DNA of 64,000 nt from Nymphaea colorata (taxonomy: Eukaryota): positions 32,674,001 to 32,738,000 of the forward strand of contig NC_045138.2 of NCBI RefSeq assembly GCF_008831285.2. The letters run 5' to 3'. Positions within the stretch are counted from its first letter, which is position 1, and every line of letters begins with the position of its first letter. The notes beneath the pieces were generated by a model. The model made no database searches. It saw only the letters and a program-made list of their open reading frames with translations, and was not told the origin of the DNA. Positions 57,801 through 64,000 of this stretch are shown piece after piece. Both the position numbers and the translations under genes were made by a program.

Positions 57801-60800
57801 ACGCATAACCACAAAAAACTGACCCTTATACCAATGCATATAGTTGGTCATGCATTGGTCGTGTCAACAAGTCAGCCATTTACTTCAATTGCATCCAAAT
57901 GACATTTCTAACTTGATGGTGTGCATGTGTCTTCATCAAGATCATAGAGCAATTCCCAGGTCCCACAGGACTGCTTTCCCTTTTGTTGTACGGTGTTCAT
58001 CGACTATTTAGCGCTCTAATGTACATGAAATCCCTTGAGCGCACTTGTCAAGTATTGCATGTTTTTTATTGTCTTTCTTTTTGTCTTGCGCATAACCTCA
58101 AAAAACTGACCCTTATACCAATGCGTCTAGTTGGCATGCATTGGTCGTGTCAACCAGTCTGCCATTTATTTCAATTTCATCCAAATTACATTTCTAACTT
58201 CATGGTGGGCATGTTGCTTCACCAAGAACATAGAGCAGTTCCCAGGTCTCACAGGACTGCTTTCCCTTTTATTGTACGGGGTTCATCGTATATTTATCTC
58301 TCTCATGTACATGACATCCCTTGAGCGCACTTGGCAAGTATTGCATATTTTTCATTGACTTTCGTTTTGTCTTGCGCATAACCTCAAAAAACTGACGCTT
58401 ATACCAATGCATCTAGTAGGCCTTGCATTGGTCGTGTCAACCAGTCTGCCATTTATTTCAATTTCATCCGAATGACATTTTTAACTTGATGGTGGGCATG
58501 TTGCTTCATCAAGATCCTAGAGCAGTTACCAGGTCTCACAGGACTGCTTTTCCTTTTGTTGTACGGGTTCATCATATATTTAGCACAATGACCCTCATAC
58601 CAATGCATCTAGTTGGCCATGCATTGGTCGTGTCAACAAGTCAGCCATTTATTTTCATTGCATCTAAATGACATTTCTAACTTGATGGTGTCCATGTTTC
58701 TTCATCAAGATCCTAAAGCAGTTCCCAGGTCTCACAGGACTGCTTTCCCATTTGTTGTACGTAGTTCATCGTATATTGAGCGCTCTCATTTACATCACAT
58801 CCCTTGAGCGCACTTGTCAAGGAGTGCATGTTTTTCATTGACTTTCTTTTTGTCTTACGCATAACCTCTAAAAACTGACCCTTATACCAATGCATCGAGT
58901 TGGCCATGCATTGGTCGTGTCAACCAGTCAGCCATTTATTTCAATTTCATGCAAATTACATTTCTAACTTGATGGTGGGTATGTTTCATCATCAAGATCA
59001 TATAGCAGTTCCCAGGTCTCACAGGACTGCTTTCCCTTTTGTTGTACGGGGTTCATCGAATATTTAGCGCTCTCATTTACATCACATCCCTTGAGCGCAC
59101 TTGTCAAGTATTGCATATTTTTCATTGACTTTCTTTTTGTCTTACGCATAACCTCCAAAAACTGACCCTTATACCAATGCATCTAGTCGGCCATGCATTG
59201 GTCGTGTCAACAAGTCAACCATTTATTTCAATTGCATCTAAATGACATTTCTAACTTGATGGTGCGCATGTTTGTTCATCAAGATCCTAGAGCGGTTGCC
59301 AGGTCTCACAGGACTGCTTTCCCTTTTGTTGTACGGGGTTCATCGTATATTTAGCGCTCTCATGTACATGTCATCCCTTGAGCGCACTTGTCAACTATTG
59401 CATGTTTTTTATTGTCTTTTTTTTTGTCTTACGCATAACCTCCAAAAACTGACCCTTATATCAATGCATCTAGTTGCCCATGCTTTGGTCGTGTCAACAA
59501 GTCAGCCATTTATTTCAATTGCATTAAAATGACATTTCTAACTTGGTGGTGCGCATGCTTCTTCATCAAGATCCTAGAGCAGTTCCCAGGTCTAACAGGA
59601 CTGTTTTTCCTTTTGTTGTGCGGGGCTCATCGTATATTTAGCGCACTCATTTACATCACATCCCTTGAGCGCATTTGTCAAGTATTGCATGTTTTTCATT
59701 GACTTTCATTTTGTCTTACGCATAACCACCAAAAACTGACCCTTATACCAATGCATATAGTTGGTCATGCATTGGTCGTGTCAACAAGTCAGTCATTTAC
59801 TTCAATTGCATCCAAATGACATTTCTAACTTGATGGTGTGCATGGGTCTTCATCAAGATCATAGAGCAGTTCCCAGGTCCCACAGGACTGCTTTCCCTTT
59901 TGTTGTACGGTGTTCATCGACTATTTAGCGCTCTAATGTACATGAAATCCCTTGAGCGCACTTGTCAAGTATTACATGTTTCTTCATCAAGATACTAGAG
60001 CAGTTCTCAGGTCTCACATGACTGCTTTCCCTTTTATTGTACGGGGTTCATCGTATATTTAGCGCTCTCATGTACATGACATCTCTTGAGCGCACTTGCC
60101 AAGTATTGCATATTTTTCATTGACTTTCTTTTTGTCTTGCGCATAACCTCAAAAAACTGACGCTTATACCAATGCATCTAGTAGGCCTTGCATTGGTCGT
60201 GTCAACCAGTCTGCCATTTATTTCAATTTCATCCGAATGACATTTTTAACTTGATGGTGGGCATGTTGCTTCATCAAGATCCTAGAGCAGTTACCAGGTC
60301 TCACAGGACTGCTTTTCCTTTTGTTGTACGGGTTCATCATATATTTAGCACAATGACCCTCATACCAATGCATCTAGTTGGCCATGCATTGGTCGTGTCA
60401 ACAAGTCAGCCATTTATTTTCATTGCATCTAAATGACATTTCTAACTTGATGGTGTCCATGTTTCTTCATCAAGATCCTAAAGCAGTTCCCAGGTCTCAC
60501 AGGACTGCTTTCCCATTTGTTGTACGTAGTTCATCGTATATTGAGCGCTCTCATTTACATCACATCCCTTGAGCGCACTTGTCAAGGAGTGCATGTTTTT
60601 CATTGACTTTCTTTTTGTCTTACGCATAACCTCTAAAAACTGACCCTTATACCAATGCATCGAGTTGGCCATGCATTGGTCGTGTCAACCAGTCAGCCAT
60701 TTATTTCAATTTCATGCAAATTACATTTCTAACTTGATGGTGGGTATGTTTCATCATCAAGATCATATAGCAGTTCCCAGGTCTCACAGGACTGCTTTCC

Positions 60801-63800
60801 CTTTTGTTGTACGGGGTTCATCGAATATTTAGCGCTCTCATTTACATCACATCCCTTGAGCGCACTTGTCAAGTATTGCATATTTTTCATTGACTTTCTT
60901 TTTGTCTTACGCATAACCTCCAAAAACTGACCCTTATACCAATGCATCTAGTCGGCCATGCATTGGTCGTGTCAACAAGTCAACCATTTATTTCAATTGC
61001 ATCTAAATGACATTTCTAACTTGATGGTGCGCATGTTTGTTCATCAAGATCCTAGAGCGGTTGCCAGGTCTCACAGGACTGCTTTCCCTTTTGTTGTACG
61101 GGGTTCATCGTATATTTAGCGCTCTCATGTACATGTCATCCCTTGAGCGCACTTGTCAACTATTGCATGTTTTTTATTGTCTTTTTTTTTGTCTTACGCA
61201 TAACCTCCAAAAACTGACCCTTATATCAATGCATCTAGTTGCCCATGCTTTGGTCGTGTCAACAAGTCAGCCATTTATTTCAATTGCATTAAAATGACAT
61301 TTCTAACTTGGTGGTGCGCATGCTTCTTCATCAAGATCCTAGAGCAGTTCCCAGGTCTAACAGGACTGTTTTTCCTTTTGTTGTGCGGGGCTCATCGTAT
61401 ATTTAGCGCACTCATTTACATCACATCCCTTGAGCGCATTTGTCAAGTATTGCATGTTTTTCATTGACTTTCATTTTGTCTTACGCATAACCACCAAAAA
61501 CTGACCCTTATACCAATGCATATAGTTGGTCATGCATTGGTCGTGTCAACAAGTCAGTCATTTACTTCAATTGCATCCAAATGACATTTCTAACTTGATG
61601 GTGTGCATGGGTCTTCATCAAGATCATAGAGCAGTTCCCAGGTCCCACAGGACTGCTTTCCCTTTTGTTGTACGGTGTTCATCGACTATTTAGCGCTCTA
61701 ATGTACATGAAATCCCTTGAGCGCACTTGTCAAGTATTACATGTTTCTTCATCAAGATACTAGAGCAGTTCTCAGGTCTCACATGACTGCTTTCCCTTTT
61801 ATTGTACGGGGTTCATCGTATATTTAGCGCTCTCATGTACATGACATCTCTTGAGCGCACTTGCCAAGTATTGCATATTTTTCATTGACTTTCTTTTTGT
61901 CTTGCGCATAACCTCAAAAAACTGACGCTTATACCAATGCATCTAGTAGGCCTTGCATTGGTCGTGTCAACCAGTCTGCCATTTATTTCAATTTCATCCG
62001 AATGACATTTTTAACTTGATGGTGGGCATGTTGCTTCATCAAGATCCTAGAGCAGTTACCAGGTCTCACAGGACTGCTTTTCCTTTTGTTGTACGGGTTC
62101 ATCATATATTTAGCACAATGACCCTCATACCAATGCATCTAGTTGGCCATGCATTGGTCGTGTCAACAAGTCAGCCATTTATTTTCATTGCATCTAAATG
62201 ACATTTCTAACTTGATGGTGTCCATGTTTCTTCATCAAGATCCTAAAGCAGTTCCCAGGTCTCACAGGACTGCTTTCCCATTTGTTGTACGTAGTTCATC
62301 GTATATTGAGCGCTCTCATTTACATCACATCCCTTGAGCGCACTTGTCAAGGAGTGCATGTTTTTCATTGACTTTCTTTTTGTCTTACGCATAACCTCTA
62401 AAAACTGACCCTTATACCAATGCATCGAGTTGGCCATGCATTGGTCGTGTCAACCAGTCAGCCATTTATTTCAATTTCATGCAAATTACATTTCTAACTT
62501 GATGGTGGGTATGTTTCATCATCAAGATCATATAGCAGTTCCCAGGTCTCACAGGACTGCTTTCCCTTTTGTTGTACGGGGTTCATCGAATATTTAGCGC
62601 TCTCATTTACATCACATCCCTTGAGCGCACTTGTCAAGTATTGCATATTTTTCATTGACTTTCTTTTTGTCTTACGCAAAACCTCCAAAAACTGACCCTT
62701 ATACCAATGCATCTAGTCGGCCATGCATTGGTCGTGTCAACAAGTCAACCATTTATTTCAATTGCATCTAAATGACATTTCTAACTTGATGGTGCGCATG
62801 TTTGTTCATCAAGATCCTAGAGCGGTTGCCAGGTCTCACAGGACTGCTTTCCCTTTTGTTGTACGGGGTTCATCGTATATTTAGCGCTCTCATGTACATG
62901 TCATCCCTTGAGCGCACTTGTCAACTATTGCATGTTTTTTATTGTCTTTTTTTTTGTCTTACGCATAACCTCCAAAAACTGACCCTTATATCAATGCATC
63001 TAGTTGCCCATGCTTTGGTCGTGTCAACAAGTCAGCCATTTATTTCAATTGCATTAAAATGACATTTCTAACTTGGTGGTGCGCATGCTTCTTCATCAAG
63101 ATCCTAGAGCAGTTCCCAGGTCTAACAGGACTGTTTTTCCTTTTGTTGTGCGGGGCTCATCGTATATTTAGCGCACTCATTTACATCACATCCCTTGAGC
63201 GCATTTGTCAAGTATTGCATGTTTTTCATTGACTTTCATTTTGTCTTACGCATAACCACCAAAAACTGACCCTTATACCAATGCATATAGTTGGTCATGC
63301 ATTGGTCGTGTCAACAAGTCAGTCATTTACTTCAATTGCATCCAAATGACATTTCTAACTTGATGGTGTGCATGGGTCTTCATCAAGATCATAGAGCAGT
63401 TCCCAGGTCCCACAGGACTGCTTTCCCTTTTGTTGTACGGTGTTCATCGACTATTTAGCGCTCTAATGTACATGAAATCCCTTGAGCGCACTTGTCAAGT
63501 ATTACATGTTTCTTCATCAAGATACTAGAGCAGTTCTCAGGTCTCACATGACTGCTTTCCCTTTTATTGTACGGGGTTCATCGTATATTTAGCGCTCTCA
63601 TGTACATGACATCTCTTGAGCGCACTTGCCAAGTATTGCATATTTTTCATTGACTTTCTTTTTGTCTTGCGCATAACCTCAAAAAACTGACGCTTATACC
63701 AATGCATCTAGTAGGCCTTGCATTGGTCGTGTCAACCAGTCTGCCATTTATTTCAATTTCATCCGAATGACATTTTTAACTTGATGGTGGGCATGTTGCT

Positions 63801-64000
63801 TCATCAAGATCCTAGAGCAGTTACCAGGTCTCACAGGACTGCTTTTCCTTTTGTTGTACGGGTTCATCATATATTTAGCACAATGACCCTCATACCAATG
63901 CATCTAGTTGGCCATGCATTGGTCGTGTCAACAAGTCAGCCATTTATTTTCATTGCATCTAAATGACATTTCTAACTTGATGGTGTCCATGTTTCTTCAT
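54870..64000. repeat. Tandem satellite array, 287-bp monomer, with a 1765-bp higher-order repeat from ~58.4 kb; runs off the window end
   Basis: The anchor motif recurs at 56696, 56983, 57270, 57557, 57844 and 58131 (287-bp steps). Identical ORFs recur at 58423, 60188, 61953 and 63718 (1765-bp steps). Confidence 0.98.

Noticed and set aside
54143..64000. Many repeated 60-120-aa ORFs (MAMHWSCQ..., MHWYKGQ...) suggesting a tandem peptide gene family
   Set aside because: They are incidental frames of the satellite monomer on both strands, mostly with non-ATG starts and variable frameshifts, and have no gene structure.
54870..64000. CRISPR array or 5S rDNA/snRNA tandem array
   Set aside because: There are no unique spacers (whole units repeat), the context is eukaryotic, and no 5S, tRNA or snRNA sequence is recognisable in the monomer.

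Overview
Nuclear DNA of a flowering plant, judged from spliceosomal introns, AG/AT microsatellites, Lhcb3 and a PPR gene; the species cannot be determined from sequence alone. The first ~31 kb is ordinary gene-rich sequence: a formiminotransferase-like gene, a TMEM184/OST-alpha-like gene, a plastid-type membrane protein with two CxxC motifs, a membrane-anchored coiled-coil protein (probable GC-AG intron), a small mitochondrial complex IV-type subunit, tRNA-Ile(AAT), Lhcb3 and a PLS-E PPR gene. From 31.6 to 46.7 kb lies a disabled condensin I CAP-D2 gene plus a recent partial tandem duplicate of its 3' half. From 46.7 to 53 kb is a degenerate zone with an ATG1-like pseudo-exon and two hAT-type elements with 8-bp TSDs, one apparently carrying a captured gene fragment. 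From ~53 kb to the end is a 287-bp satellite array that shows layered evolution: ~306-bp diverged edge monomers, then 287-bp monomers, a 1917-bp higher-order unit, and a near-identical 1765-bp higher-order repeat. That satellite edge is the most notable structure. I found no evidence for a novel enzymatic or defence system. All gene models were spliced and translated by eye, and family names come from recall, not database searches.
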